Notes under the pieces: generated by a model
The model's database searches: none
What the model saw: only the letters and a program-made list of their open reading frames with translations
What the model was told of the DNA's origin: nothing
Made by a program: the position numbers and the translations under genes
Part shown: positions 1 through 10,729 of the stretch, one piece after another
Layout: each line of letters opens with the position of its first letter
Numbering within the stretch: position 1 is the first letter of the stretch
DNA from: Minisyncoccia bacterium
Lineage (GTDB): Bacteria; Patescibacteriota; Minisyncoccia; UBA6257; 2-01-FULL-56-20
Assembly: GCA_049997875.1 (NCBI GenBank)
Contig: JBEKRC010000003.1
Span: 183,885-247,884 of the forward strand
Direction: 5' to 3'
Length of the DNA stretch: 64,000 nt

Positions 1-1411
1 GCTCCTTCGGAAGTTTCGCGTAGGTCCGGATGGAACCGATCGGGCCTTTCCAACCGCGAAGTGTTATATACCGCGGCCTGCAATATCTCATAATCTCAAG
101 ATCAGGTATCGCCACGCGGATCCGATCGCCTTTTTTATATACCTTCCCGCCATGCACGTAATTCGGTCCCGTGTATTCATATTCATCGCACACCTTGAAT
201 GACCTAACACCATCCAAAACATCCAACTTTGTAAGGATCACATTCGGCCCGGTGAGTTTGACCGCCGAATAGCGGACAAGCGGAAGGTCAAGCCATCCGG
301 TCCGGCGAGCGCGGCCGGTCGTTGCGCCATACTCATTCCCTTTTTGCCGGATCGCGATCCCCTGCACAAATTCATCGCGGTCGTTAATGGAAGCGTTTGG
401 ATAATTCTCCGCCTCCGTCCTTCGGCTCGCATGCCTCACGTGCTCGGCGGATTTTTCCCCTCCGAGTTCCGTGGGGAATGGCCCTTCGCCCACGCGCGTC
501 ATGTAGAAGGCCTTCACAATGCCAAAAGTAAGATCAACATTCTGCTCGCGGAGCCCGACGCCCTTCGCAAGTCCCTGGATAGAGCAATCCGACGAAGTGA
601 CGTACGGATACGTTCCGTAATCAACGGAGAGCATGTTGCCCTGCGCGCCTTCAAGAAGGATATTCTTCTTGCCGAGGAAACTGCGCAGCATCGCATCGGT
701 ATCCGCGATGAACGGACGCAGTGCTTTCCCGTACTGCAGATAGCGTTTCGCGATTCGTTCCGTGTTAAAAATATTTTTCGGATGATAGAACTCGCCGCGG
801 TGCAAAATTTCCTGGTGCATGATCTCACGGACGACTCGCGGATCGTAGGTCTTGATCAATCGAATCTTCTCTTCCAAATTCCTGCGCAATTTTTCCCTGA
901 ATACTTTTGGATTCAGAAGATCGTTCACAATGAGCCCAAGGCGTGCGACATGGTCGGTGTACGCGGGCCCCATGCCACGACCCGTCGTGCCGATCTTCCC
1001 GGTTTTTCCCGATGCCTCGCGTACGCGGTCCAAAACGACGTGCTGCGGCAGCACGAGCCGCGCGTTCAGGGCAATCCGCAGGTGTTTCGGAGAAATTCCC
1101 GCCTTCTTCAAGATCGCAATTTCATCCAAAACCGTTCCCGGCTCCACCGCAACTCCCGAGCCGATCACGTTGAGCTTCCTGTGCAACATACCGGACGGCA
1201 GAAGATGGAACACGAATTCCTTTTTGCCCAATTTGACGGTGTGGCCCGCGTTCGCGCCGCCCGTGCCGCGGGCGATGACGTCCGCCCAATGCTCGGCGAA
1301 ATAATCAACGAATTTTCCCTTTCCCGTGTCTCCCCACTGCGTACAGACGATCCCCAGCGTTCGGACGCCCTTCGGAACGCGGGGGTTCGCTTGGGAATGG
1401 GTCCTACGCAT
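1..1411 (-). CDS. purA: Adenylosuccinate synthetase (3' end runs off the window)
   Basis: Absent from the ORF track; translated by hand from ATG 1411: MRRTHSQ...CTQWGDTGKGKFVD...GGANAGHT...HLLPSG...KIGTTGRGMGPAY...EGAQG...GTYPYVTSS...TRVGEGPFPTE...EYGATTGRARRTGWLD. These are PurA signature motifs. Confidence 0.96.
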   Translation of the reverse strand, partial: MRRTHSQANPRVPKGVRTLGIVCTQWGDTGKGKFVDYFAEHWADVIARGTGGANAGHTVKLGKKEFVFHLLPSGMLHRKLNVIGSGVAVEPGTVLDEIAILKKAGISPKHLRIALNARLVLPQHVVLDRVREASGKTGKIGTTGRGMGPAYTDHVARLGLIVNDLLNPKVFREKLRRNLEEKIRLIKTYDPRVVREIMHQEILHRGEFYHPKNIFNTERIAKRYLQYGKALRPFIADTDAMLRSFLGKKNILLEGAQGNMLSVDYGTYPYVTSSDCSIQGLAKGVGLREQNVDLTFGIVKAFYMTRVGEGPFPTELGGEKSAEHVRHASRRTEAENYPNASINDRDEFVQGIAIRQKGNEYGATTGRARRTGWLDLPLVRYSAVKLTGPNVILTKLDVLDGVRSFKVCDEYEYTGPNYVHGGKVYKKGDRIRVAIPDLEIMRYCRPRYITLRGWKGPIGSIRTYAKLPKE

Positions 1412-2903
1412 GGTCTCTCCGATAGTTGGGCGCGTCGCGCACAATGCGTACTCCGTGCGGATGGGACTCCTTGATGCCGGCGGCGCTGATGCGGATGAAC
1501 TCCGCATTGCTCCGCAGTTCCTCAATCGTCCGTGCGCCGACGTATCCCATCCCTTTTTGCAGACCGCCGACATATTGATGCATTACCGTTTCCAATTCGC
1601 CCACGTATGGCACTAACCCTTCCACCCCCTCCGGCACGAACCGGTCCTTCGCGGTATTCGCCTCGCGATACCGCTCGCGCGAACTGCGGCTCTCTTCCAT
1701 CGCGGAAAGCGATCCCATGCCGCGGTATCGCTTCATTGGCGTTTCAAAACGGAAATCAACTTCTCCCGGCGCTTCTTTGGTGCCCGCGAGCAATTTGCCG
1801 AGCATCACCGAGTGCGCTCCCGCGCCAATCGCGATCGGGATGTCGCCCGAATTCTCAATGCCGCCATCTGCGCAAATCGGCACGTCGGTCTTTTCAAGCG
1901 CTTTCGCCACTTCATAAGTCGCCGTGACTTGTGGGCAGCCGATGCCCGCGACGATCCGCGTTGTACATATAGAACCTGGACCCTGGCCCACCTTCACTCC
2001 GTCAGCCCCCGCCGCGACGAGCCGCTTCGCCGATTCGCCGCGCGAAATATTGCCCGCCACGACGTCAACGCGATACGCCTTCTTGAGCGCCTTGATCGTC
2101 TGGATAACGTCTTTTGAGTCGCCGTGCGCGGTGTCAATGACCAAAACATCCGCGAATCCCTTGAGCGCTTCCGCCCGCTCCATCGCATCGTCGTTCACGC
2201 CCACCGCCGCGGCCACGCGCAATCGCCCGTGGCTGTCAACGTTATATTTTCCCGATCGGCCGGACTTGATCCGCTTGAGATCGGAAAAGAGATACATACC
2301 GACAAGATTGCCCCTGTTCACAAGTGGAAGAACTTTTTTCTTCGCCTTGAGCATGATCTCGTACGCCTTATCAATTGAGGTGCCCTTCGGCGCCGTCACG
2401 AGGTCGCGCGTCATGACGCTCTTCACCTTCTGCGAACCGTCGCCCGAAAAATCAAAATCGTTCTCGGTGATAAGCCCCGCGAGTTTGCCGCGCGCGTCCA
2501 CAACCGGAAAACTGTGGAAAGAAAATCCTCTCTCTCTGCGCATCGTCTCAACCTCCTGGAACGTCATATTCTCGCGGATCGTGATCGGCGTCTCTATGAG
2601 GCCCGAGAGATGGAACTTTACGCGACGGACTTCTTCGCTCTGCTCCTTGGGCGTAAACCCCCTGTGGATCACGCCCAAGCCGCCGAGCTTCGCCATCGCG
2701 ATCGCCATCCGGCTCTCCGTCACCGTATCCATCGCCGCGCTCGTGATCGGGATCTTGAGCGGCACATTGCGCGAGAACCGGCTCGTGAGCACCGTAGCAC
2801 TCGGCATCACGTCGGAATAATCCGTCTTCAAGCGCACCTCGTCGTAGGTGACCGCGAGGCCGAGAGCCTCAAGCTCCTTAAAAAATTTATCGCACTTCCG
2901 CAT
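1404..2903 (-). CDS. guaB: IMP dehydrogenase with CBS pair
   Basis: [29 protein letters not shown] (catalytic Cys), ADGGI, YRGMGS, EGVEG motifs. Confidence 0.98.
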   Translation of the reverse strand: MRKCDKFFKELEALGLAVTYDEVRLKTDYSDVMPSATVLTSRFSRNVPLKIPITSAAMDTVTESRMAIAMAKLGGLGVIHRGFTPKEQSEEVRRVKFHLSGLIETPITIRENMTFQEVETMRRERGFSFHSFPVVDARGKLAGLITENDFDFSGDGSQKVKSVMTRDLVTAPKGTSIDKAYEIMLKAKKKVLPLVNRGNLVGMYLFSDLKRIKSGRSGKYNVDSHGRLRVAAAVGVNDDAMERAEALKGFADVLVIDTAHGDSKDVIQTIKALKKAYRVDVVAGNISRGESAKRLVAAGADGVKVGQGPGSICTTRIVAGIGCPQVTATYEVAKALEKTDVPICADGGIENSGDIPIAIGAGAHSVMLGKLLAGTKEAPGEVDFRFETPMKRYRGMGSLSAMEESRSSRERYREANTAKDRFVPEGVEGLVPYVGELETVMHQYVGGLQKGMGYVGARTIEELRSNAEFIRISAAGIKESHPHGVRIVRDAPNYRRDHA

Positions 2904-3016
2904 AGATGAATTTATTATATGTGATTTCTGGATTTTTGCAAAAGCGGGCAGTACCCCCCACCTCTCCGGCGGCTGGACGACGTCAGTCCTGTTCGCTATC
3001 GCACTATCGCAGAAAA

Positions 3017-3661
3017 CTAGCAGTCAGCAGCTATGCCTTCAACAAGAGAGGGTAGCTCCGACAAGGTAACAATTTTGAAATCTTCTCCGAGATTATCTCC
3101 TTTTTCGGCGACCAACACACATTTGATATCGGCGTTGTGAGCAGCTTCAATATCTTCTTTGTAGTCACCAACATAAAGAGCTTTCGTCCTATCCTTAATT
3201 CCCAGGTGGTCCATGGCTTTAATGATTCCTTCGGGATTCGGTTTGTGATTTTTCACGTCTTCTCTGTCCAAGACAACATCAAAATATTTACGAAGATCAA
3301 ACTTCTTAAGAAGCATCGTGGTAGTTGTTCTGCCGCGACTGGTAATGAGCGCGGTCTTGTAATTCTTTTTTATCGCTTCCAGTACCTCGCTCGCGTGAGC
3401 CATTAAGGTAATTTTGGGCGCAAATGCCACAGACATTTTCTTGCTGTATTCGTAGATGGGCAGAACTTCTTCTTCTGACAAAGATGGCAGCAGTTTTTTT
3501 GTAATATCCAAAGTTTTCAAACCTAGAAGCGGCAAGAAATCTTTTTCTTGCGGAATGGGTAACTTAAAGTGTCTGAAGGTTTCCTGAAAATACTCTATCG
3601 TCGGACGGTTGGAGTCTACTATGACGCCGTCGAGATCAAAAAGTATTGCTTCAATAATCAT
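3017..3661 (-). CDS. HAD-family phosphatase (Gph/PpaX-like)
   Basis: FDLDGVIVDS motif I, KPNPEG, YVGD..ED..AA motif; visibly AT-richer than the flanking pur genes. Confidence 0.9.
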   Translation of the reverse strand: MIIEAILFDLDGVIVDSNRPTIEYFQETFRHFKLPIPQEKDFLPLLGLKTLDITKKLLPSLSEEEVLPIYEYSKKMSVAFAPKITLMAHASEVLEAIKKNYKTALITSRGRTTTTMLLKKFDLRKYFDVVLDREDVKNHKPNPEGIIKAMDHLGIKDRTKALYVGDYKEDIEAAHNADIKCVLVAEKGDNLGEDFKIVTLSELPSLVEGIAADC

Positions 3662-3781
3662 TCCTTAAAGTATATAGCTTTTGCGAAGCGGCATGCATGC
3701 GTTTGCCCGCTCTGGCGGCTGGGCAATGTTCAACCTCGGAAGACCCAACCAGAGAGGATAACCTTTTTGCGCCGGCGGCGT

Positions 3782-4927
3782 TCATTCCTCGCCTGGCGGT
3801 TGCAGAATAATATCTTCCGGTTCAAAGACGACCTCGCGCTTGCCTTCTTCCACGACGCCGAGGTCAAAAAGTTCGCAGCCGGCTTTTTTACCAAGGGAGA
3901 CGGTCCGGTCAACTTCTTCCTTTGGCACGAAAAGATAATAGCCGACGCCCCAGTTAAAGGTCTTTAGGCAATCACGGAGGGAAACGCCGAGTCCGCGCAT
4001 GAACTGGAAAAGCGGTGGCACGGCTGGCCAGTTTTGGATGCGATAGGTGAATGGCCGTTTATCAAACGCGAGCTTGCCGATGCCGTCGCCCGTGCCGGGC
4101 AGGATCGCCGCGATTCGCACATGGGCATTCTGGAGCGCCTCCACAAGCGCGACGTACGAGCGTGTTGGAATCAACGCCTCCTCGCCGAGCGTGGTACCGT
4201 TCGGAAGCTTTGTAAGAAATTTATCGGGAAGTGCAAGCGCCCGCTTGATGACAAGCGATATGCCGTTCGCGTGGAGGCCGGAGGATGCGGCGCCAACGAT
4301 ATGGCATCCCGGCGCAAGTTCTTTCCCAGTAATGAGATTTGTGTTTGGCGCGATAATGCCCGTCGCGCAGCCCGAGAGCGAAGGCGCGGCGAGGACCGGC
4401 GGCTCCGGCTTCATAAGATACTTGAGCGCAGGCGATTCCCCCGCTGGCAGAGCCATCCCGACTTCCTTGCAAATCTTGAAAAATCCTTCGGCCAAATCAT
4501 GGCTGCGTTTCTCATCCGAGAACCATGCGGCATCGCCCACGGCAACCTCATCGGTAAAAATGACGGGCATCGCCCCTTGCGCGATGAGATCGTTCACCGC
4601 CATGAGCGCGGTATCAATGCCAATTGTTTCGTAGTACGTCCTGCCGGTGCCGGCGTTCTGATACATCCACTCCGCAATCCAGTTCTTGTTCCCGAGCCCT
4701 TCCTGCGTCTTGCACCAGAGGTGCGGCAGGCCGCCGCGGTATTCATACACCGCGCCGTGCGCGTGGAGCACATCGTTATTCACGTAGACGCCGCGGCGGT
4801 TTGGGAAAGAAAGCGTCCGCTTTCCCATCGCGATCATCGCCTGCTTGAAGGGTTCCAACTGCGTATAATCCACTCCCGCCTTTGCGTATTCGCTTTTACC
4901 CATCGCTGCCCGTTTATCTTTGGTCAT
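3782..4927 (-). CDS. purM: AIR synthase (phosphoribosylformylglycinamidine cyclo-ligase), divergent
   Basis: YAKAGVD N-terminus, MAVNDLIAQGA.P, SSGLHANG, L.PTRSY, TFNWGVG; located in the pur cluster. Confidence 0.88.
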   Translation of the reverse strand: MTKDKRAAMGKSEYAKAGVDYTQLEPFKQAMIAMGKRTLSFPNRRGVYVNNDVLHAHGAVYEYRGGLPHLWCKTQEGLGNKNWIAEWMYQNAGTGRTYYETIGIDTALMAVNDLIAQGAMPVIFTDEVAVGDAAWFSDEKRSHDLAEGFFKICKEVGMALPAGESPALKYLMKPEPPVLAAPSLSGCATGIIAPNTNLITGKELAPGCHIVGAASSGLHANGISLVIKRALALPDKFLTKLPNGTTLGEEALIPTRSYVALVEALQNAHVRIAAILPGTGDGIGKLAFDKRPFTYRIQNWPAVPPLFQFMRGLGVSLRDCLKTFNWGVGYYLFVPKEEVDRTVSLGKKAGCELFDLGVVEEGKREVVFEPEDIILQPPGEE

Positions 4928-6327
4928 TACATCCGCGCGAGTTTCTTCGCAAGGCCGAGATAATTCTTTGGGGTGAAGCTCTTGAGCTCCTTTTTCAATT
5001 TGTCCGATATTTTAAGGGAGTCCACGAAGGCGCGGATGTCGTCCAGAGTCACTTGCCGCCCGCGCGTGAGTTCCTTCAATTTCTCGTAGGGCATGGGAAT
5101 GCCCTCCCGCCGCAGAACGATCTGGATCGCTTCAGAAACAATCTCGGGATGTTCCTCAAGCGCTTCCACCACCTTCGCCTCGTGCACCGAGACCCGCCCG
5201 AGGCCGTTCAAAAGATATGAATAGCCGACCGCGCAATGTGCGAGGGCAACGCCGAAGTTTCGCTCCACGGTGGAATCGGAAAGATCGCGCTGCAGGCGCG
5301 ATATGGGGAGCTTTGCCGAAAAATGTGCGAAGAGCGCATTCGCGATGCCGAGGTTGCCCTCGCTATTCTCAAATTTTATCGGATTGATCTTGTGCGGCAT
5401 CGTGGAGGACCCAATCTCGCCTTCTTTCGCTTTCTGCACGAGCCAATCGTCGCTTATGTAGCGCCACATATCCTGATCGAAACCAATGAGGATGGTATTT
5501 GTGCGGCGGAGAATATCGAAAAGTTCGGCATACGAGTCGTGGGGATCGATTTGCGTGGTCAGAAGATTCGGTTCGAGGATTGCTGTGCGCTCGCGATTCA
5601 GGCGAGCAATAAATCTCTTTGTAAACGCGATCCAATCGACATTCGGATACGCCGCCACGTGCGCGTTGTAATTCCCGGTTGCACCATTCAGTTTCACGGA
5701 AACCTTAAACTTCGCTAGTTGATCCATTTGCCGCACGAGGCGCGCCCGGAATACATTCATTTCCTTCCCGAACGTCGTCGGCGTTGCTGGTTGCCCATGA
5801 GTGCGCCCGAGCATCGGCAAACCGGCGTACTGCCTCGCAAACCCCGCAAGCGCCCGCTCAATCTCGCAAAGGAGTGGAGTAAGCACTTCACGGATGGCAT
5901 CGCCGAGCATCAGACCATATGCAATTTCGCTAACATCATAGGAAGTGAGCGCGAAGTGCAACCAACCGAGCGAATCCTTGAGCGAAGTCCTTTTCAATTT
6001 CTCCCGCATGAAATATTCCACCGCCTTCATGTCGTGCTCTGTCGCCTTGATGTGTCGGTATCCCACTTTTTCAATAGCACTGATGATTTTTGCGTCTCCG
6101 ACCGGCAGTTTATAAAGCTTACGGATGAGCACCTTTTCGCGCGCGGAAAAATGCCGGAGCCCGATGCCCCGCGTCTCCGAGAGCGCGATAAGATATTCGC
6201 CTTCCACGACGAGCCGGTAGCGCATGAGCCCCGATTCGCTGAAAATCTTCGCGAGGTCTTCCCCATAGCTCCGATAGCGCCCGTCAACGGGACTTATCGC
6301 TTCAAGCTGGTCTATGAGCTGGTCCAT
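4927..6327 (-). CDS. purB: Adenylosuccinate lyase
   Basis: AISPVDGRY, RTHGQPATPTT, GSSTMPHKINPIKFENSEG, SRLQRDLSDSTVERN. Start taken at ATG 6327 (MDQL). Confidence 0.97.
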   Translation of the reverse strand: MDQLIDQLEAISPVDGRYRSYGEDLAKIFSESGLMRYRLVVEGEYLIALSETRGIGLRHFSAREKVLIRKLYKLPVGDAKIISAIEKVGYRHIKATEHDMKAVEYFMREKLKRTSLKDSLGWLHFALTSYDVSEIAYGLMLGDAIREVLTPLLCEIERALAGFARQYAGLPMLGRTHGQPATPTTFGKEMNVFRARLVRQMDQLAKFKVSVKLNGATGNYNAHVAAYPNVDWIAFTKRFIARLNRERTAILEPNLLTTQIDPHDSYAELFDILRRTNTILIGFDQDMWRYISDDWLVQKAKEGEIGSSTMPHKINPIKFENSEGNLGIANALFAHFSAKLPISRLQRDLSDSTVERNFGVALAHCAVGYSYLLNGLGRVSVHEAKVVEALEEHPEIVSEAIQIVLRREGIPMPYEKLKELTRGRQVTLDDIRAFVDSLKISDKLKKELKSFTPKNYLGLAKKLARM

Positions 6328-6331
6328 AGTA

Positions 6332-7597
6332 TTACAAAGCTTTTGCGCCGATGTCCTTTCTATAATACATCCCTTCAAATTTTATTTTCTCCGCTCCGAC
6401 ATACGCCTTGCGGAGCGCTTCCGCGAGCGTGGGCCCCAAGGCACTTACGCCGAGTACCCTTCCGCCCGACGTGACGAGTCCGCCATCTGCGAGCTTAGTT
6501 CCGGCATGGAACACTATAACGCCTTCCAGTTTCTCCGCCTCACGGATGCCCGTAATCGGAAATCCCTTTTTGTAAACGCCGGGGTACCCTCCCGATGCCA
6601 TAACTATACACGCCGCATAGCACGAATTCCACTCTATTGAAACCCCGTTCAACTTCCCGGAAGCGCACGCTTCAAGAATTTCCAAAAGATCCGTTTTTAA
6701 AAGTCGCATGAGCGATTGCGTTTCGGGATCGCCGAAGCGGGCATTGAACTCAAGTACTTTGGGCCCTTCGGGGGTGATCTTCAGCCCGGGATACAAACAC
6801 CCCGAAAAGGTGCATCCTTTTTTCTTCATGGCGCGGAGCGTAGGGTCAAGGATCGTCTGCGCGATCTGGTTTTGAAGTTCGTCGGTCACCCACGGCACGG
6901 GAGCGATCGTCCCCATGCCGCCGGTATTCGGTCCCGTGTCTCCTTCGCCCACCGGCTTGTGGTCCTGCGCGGTCGGCATCACTGCGCGCGCGACCCCATC
7001 GGAGAATGCGTGAATGGAAATTTCCTGCCCTTCCAAAAATTCCTCTATTACCACTTCGTCCCCTGCGTCCCCGAACGCGCGGTCTATCATTATGTTTTTG
7101 AGCGCCGCCCTCGCTTCGTCCATCGTCTTGCACACTATTGCACCTTTTCCGAGCGCGAGCCCGCTTGCTTTCACAACGATCGGCACGGATTGCGATGCAA
7201 GATATCGGGAGGCCTCATCGTAATCCGTGAATATCCGGAACGCCGCCGTGGGAATATATTCATCCTGCATAAGCTGCTTCGCGAACGCCTTTGAGGCCTC
7301 TATCTGCGCCGCTGCCTTCGTCGGGCCAAAGATCAAAAATCCCTCTTTTTGAAATTGATCAACGATACCGAGTGCCAAGGGATCGTCCGGACCTACGACC
7401 ACAAGATCAACGACCGATTTTTTTGCGAACGCGATGAGCGCCGGAATGTCGTCCGCTTTGATCGCAACATTCTCGCCGAGGCGCGCGGTGCCGCCGTTGC
7501 CCGGCGCGATAAAAAGCTTCCCGAGCCGCGGAGACTGCGCGAGCTTCCACGCAAGCGCGTGCTCGCGTCCGCCGCTCCCTATCAAAAACACGTTCAT
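6332..7597 (-). CDS. purD: Phosphoribosylamine-glycine ligase
   Basis: GSGGREHAL, APGNGG, GPNTGGMG, EFNARFGDPETQ, TSGGRVL. Confidence 0.98.
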   Translation of the reverse strand: MNVFLIGSGGREHALAWKLAQSPRLGKLFIAPGNGGTARLGENVAIKADDIPALIAFAKKSVVDLVVVGPDDPLALGIVDQFQKEGFLIFGPTKAAAQIEASKAFAKQLMQDEYIPTAAFRIFTDYDEASRYLASQSVPIVVKASGLALGKGAIVCKTMDEARAALKNIMIDRAFGDAGDEVVIEEFLEGQEISIHAFSDGVARAVMPTAQDHKPVGEGDTGPNTGGMGTIAPVPWVTDELQNQIAQTILDPTLRAMKKKGCTFSGCLYPGLKITPEGPKVLEFNARFGDPETQSLMRLLKTDLLEILEACASGKLNGVSIEWNSCYAACIVMASGGYPGVYKKGFPITGIREAEKLEGVIVFHAGTKLADGGLVTSGGRVLGVSALGPTLAEALRKAYVGAEKIKFEGMYYRKDIGAKAL

Positions 7598-8337
7598 CCC
7601 TGCGGAAAAAGCAGCATGGCGGCCTTTTTTGAATCCTCAAGGGTCACTTCTTCCCCTTTGCGGACAAGCGGCGTTTCGCGCACGAGCTCCCGCACGCGGC
7701 CATTCATAAAGTCCTCCAAAGTGGCGATCTGTGTTTCGTGCTCAAAGGGGAGCAACCGCGCCGCAAGCGACTTCGGATCGTCGTCCGGCAAGATCGCAAG
7801 CTGCGTACGTTTCAAAACCGTGCCCTCGTCGAACTGCTCCGCCACGCGCTGTGCCGTCGCCTCAGTCCAAAAATCGCGCCCCATGCTCCGCACGAACAAG
7901 AGTCGCGCCGCGTGGACACGCAGGCCAAACATCCCCTTCCCGCCAAAATCGGGACGGCCCGGGTCAAGCGGCCCCGGGTGCTGGTTGATCATAGCATTGC
8001 GGAATGCGGCGATCACGTTGCGCGGGGTCTTTATCATCCATCCGTACTGGCCGACGAGATCAACGGCCTGCTCTTTAAGAACTTTCAAAATCGCGCCCCC
8101 GAACTCTTCTTCGTTTGAAAATTTCTTCGGTTCAATAACAAAAATGTTTTTGCGCGGTATTCCCAATCGTTCCATTTTTTGCATCACGCCGGCGTCCGGC
8201 CTGCTTGCAATCAAGCATGCCGGCACAATCCCCAAAAGCCGTCCGGCGTGGTGCGCCGCGACGATCGCTTCCGCGGTCGTGCCGCCTCCCGAAGCAAGTA
8301 TGGCCAGACGAAACGTTTTCATGCCTTTTATGCCCAA
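7594..8337 (-). CDS. purN: Phosphoribosylglycinamide formyltransferase
   Basis: LAILASGGGT, INQHPG..FGGKGMFG..VH, FDEG; lies between purF and purD. Confidence 0.9.
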   Translation of the reverse strand: MGIKGMKTFRLAILASGGGTTAEAIVAAHHAGRLLGIVPACLIASRPDAGVMQKMERLGIPRKNIFVIEPKKFSNEEEFGGAILKVLKEQAVDLVGQYGWMIKTPRNVIAAFRNAMINQHPGPLDPGRPDFGGKGMFGLRVHAARLLFVRSMGRDFWTEATAQRVAEQFDEGTVLKRTQLAILPDDDPKSLAARLLPFEHETQIATLEDFMNGRVRELVRETPLVRKGEEVTLEDSKKAAMLLFPQG

Positions 8338-9734
8338 GTTTCCTGCAGGGCCGGTATGCCGACCTCCGCCTTCCGCTCACGGATGTCCAAGGGATACTTC
8401 CCGGTAAAGCAGGAAGTGCACAGTTTGTCTTCGGGAACGCCAATGCCCCTGAGGATCCCCTGATACGAAAGATAGTGAAGCGAGGTCGCGCCCAGAAATT
8501 CCCTTATCTCGGGGATGGTCTTTTGGAATGCAAGGAGGCTTGCCTGCCTGGGCGTGTCAATGCCGTAAAAATCGGGAAAGCGCACGGGCGGAGAGTTCAC
8601 CAAGAAATGCACTTCTTTCGCGCCCGCTTCAAAAAGAATCTTCACGATCTGCGGGCTCGTGTTGCCGCGCACGATGGAATCGTCTATCACGATGGCGCGC
8701 TTGCCTCCTACGATGTCGGGGATGGCCGCGAGCTTCGTCTTCACCCCTTGCTTGCGCATCCGGTCGTCCGGATCAATGAACGTCCGGTACACGTAACGGT
8801 TCTTGACGAGCGCGAGTTCCAAGGGAATCCCCGATGCCTCCGAATAGCCGACCGCACCCGGGATCCCCGTCTCGGGGATAGGAATCACCATGTCGGCGTC
8901 AATTTTGCGTTCCCGGGCAAGTTCAATGCCGCACCGTTTGCGGGCGGCATACACCGAGGTTCCCAAAAGTATGCTGCTTGAACGCGCGAAATACACGAAT
9001 TCAAAGATGTCCAGTTTTTGATCGGGCGGCACAAGTTGAATTGACCGCATGCCTTTCTTGTCCACCACAATCATCTCGCCGGGAAGGACGTCACGCATAA
9101 AGGTCGCTCCGACCGAGGGAAAGCTGCACGTCTCGGAAGAGAATGCAAACCCGCCGTTCAACTGTCCCATGGAGAACGGTTTGAGGCCATAGGGATCGCG
9201 CGCGGCGACGAGCGTTGTCTTGTCCATGATGAGAAGCGAGAACGAACCGGTGAAAAGTGGGTAGGCACTGCGCACCGCTTCTTCGAGTGAGCATCCCTGT
9301 TTTATGAAATGTTCAACGGCGAGCGTCATCATGTAGGAATCCGAGCGGGCCGCCGTATCCACCCCTTCTTTTTTCAAAAATTCCTCAAGTACCTTCACGC
9401 TTGGCAAGTTGCCATTGTGCGCAAGCGCGATACGCCCGTCCTCCGTCATGATCGGCTGTGCGTGCCGAATGCCGGTTCCCGATGACGTGGAATACCGATT
9501 CTGGCCGATCGCAATATGGCCTTTCAAATTATCAATTTTTGCGTCGTCAAAAACCTGCGTGATAAGGCCGTTGCCTTTTTGGCATTCAAGGCGCGTGCCA
9601 TCGGCAACCGCCATACCCGCGCTCTCCTGCCCGCGGTGCTGGATGGCAAGCACGCCGAAGAACGTGATACGCGCCACGTCCATGCCCTTTCCGTAAATGC
9701 CAAAGACGCCGCACTTCTCATTGAGTTCGTGCAT
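8328..9734 (-). CDS. purF: Amidophosphoribosyltransferase
   Basis: Propeptide then EKCGVFG, QHRGQESAG, RYST, AHNGNL, PRPP loop VIDDSIVRGNT. Confidence 0.98.
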   Translation of the reverse strand: MHELNEKCGVFGIYGKGMDVARITFFGVLAIQHRGQESAGMAVADGTRLECQKGNGLITQVFDDAKIDNLKGHIAIGQNRYSTSSGTGIRHAQPIMTEDGRIALAHNGNLPSVKVLEEFLKKEGVDTAARSDSYMMTLAVEHFIKQGCSLEEAVRSAYPLFTGSFSLLIMDKTTLVAARDPYGLKPFSMGQLNGGFAFSSETCSFPSVGATFMRDVLPGEMIVVDKKGMRSIQLVPPDQKLDIFEFVYFARSSSILLGTSVYAARKRCGIELARERKIDADMVIPIPETGIPGAVGYSEASGIPLELALVKNRYVYRTFIDPDDRMRKQGVKTKLAAIPDIVGGKRAIVIDDSIVRGNTSPQIVKILFEAGAKEVHFLVNSPPVRFPDFYGIDTPRQASLLAFQKTIPEIREFLGATSLHYLSYQGILRGIGVPEDKLCTSCFTGKYPLDIRERKAEVGIPALQETWA

Positions 9735-9746
9735 GTTGTTCGTATG

Positions 9747-10721
9747 TTACGGTTTATGCAGGACAAACGCCTCTAAATTTTTTCTTATGCGATCCAACGC
9801 CGGCATCGTGAAGTCCGGCGCGAACGTCCGTCCCGTGATCTGTTCAAAAATTTTCACGTACCGGCTCGCGAGTTCCACCACCATCTCGCGCGGCGCTTCG
9901 GGCAGCGTGGCGTCCTTATAGGGATCACAGTGCTCCTTGAACCAGAGCCGCAAAAATTCCTTGTCAAAGTTTTCCGGCTCTTCGCCCTTCGCGATGCGCG
10001 CCTCGTAGCTCGCCGCCTGCCAGTAGCGCGAAGAATCGGGAGTATGTATCTCGTCAATAAGCATTACCTCTCCTTTCGGCGAAATGCCGAATTCATATTT
10101 TGTGTCCACAAGGATCAACCCGCGCTGTTTTGCCAACTCCTGCCCGCGCGTGAAAAGCCGGAGCGCGGCGTTTTCAATCTGTTCCCATATTTCTTTTTTC
10201 ACCAGGCCTTCGTGTATGATCTCGTCCCGCGTGACCGGCCGATCGTGCGCCTCCGATTTCGTGGTGGGCGTGAGGATAGCGTGCGGAAGCTTCTGGTTCT
10301 TTTTCATGCCGTCGGGCAGCGTAAGGTCGCCAAATCGCCGCTCGCCTTTCTGATAAAGCGTCCAAATCGCAGTCCCCGTAACCCCAGTAATATAGCCCCT
10401 TACGACGACCTCTATGGGAACCACCTCGCACTTTTCCGTTACCGTCACGTTCGGGTCGGGGACCGCAATCACGTGGTTTTTCACGATATCCGCGGTCTTT
10501 TCAAACCAAAACGCGCTTACTTGCGTAAGCACGTTTCCCTTGAATGGGATGAGGCACAGATTCCTGTCAAACGCGGAGTAGCGATCGGTCGCAACGAGGA
10601 TCAGGCGATTGGGCTGCGTGTACACATCTCGCACTTTCCCCGCGCGGCGCTCGCCGAGCCCCTGGAAATCGGTCTTATCAATAACATCCCCGATGTGCGC
10701 TTCTATGGTTGCCTTATCCAT
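9747..10721 (-). CDS. purC: SAICAR synthase
   Basis: GKVRDVY, ATDR.SAFD, EVVVRGY, PTTK, LVDTKYEFG, DEIHTPDSSRYW. Confidence 0.97.
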   Translation of the reverse strand: MDKATIEAHIGDVIDKTDFQGLGERRAGKVRDVYTQPNRLILVATDRYSAFDRNLCLIPFKGNVLTQVSAFWFEKTADIVKNHVIAVPDPNVTVTEKCEVVPIEVVVRGYITGVTGTAIWTLYQKGERRFGDLTLPDGMKKNQKLPHAILTPTTKSEAHDRPVTRDEIIHEGLVKKEIWEQIENAALRLFTRGQELAKQRGLILVDTKYEFGISPKGEVMLIDEIHTPDSSRYWQAASYEARIAKGEEPENFDKEFLRLWFKEHCDPYKDATLPEAPREMVVELASRYVKIFEQITGRTFAPDFTMPALDRIRKNLEAFVLHKP

Positions 10722-10729
10722 TAATAGTT

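Noticed and set aside
1-1411. PurZ (diaminopurine pathway), suggested by the nearby HD hydrolase
   Set aside because: The WGD catalytic Asp of PurA is retained and the context is a normal pur cluster, not a phage.
344-1474. 376-aa plus-strand ORF (and many similar long antisense ORFs, e.g. 22479-23840, 49290-50456)
   Set aside because: These are shadows of real minus-strand genes in GC-rich DNA; here the true gene is purA, missing from the track because it has no stop in the window.
2930-3780. Purine or ZTP riboswitch in pur intergenic gaps
   Set aside because: Only short hairpins; the ggctgggcaa resemblance to a ZTP 3' end is on the wrong strand and lacks the 5' aptamer.
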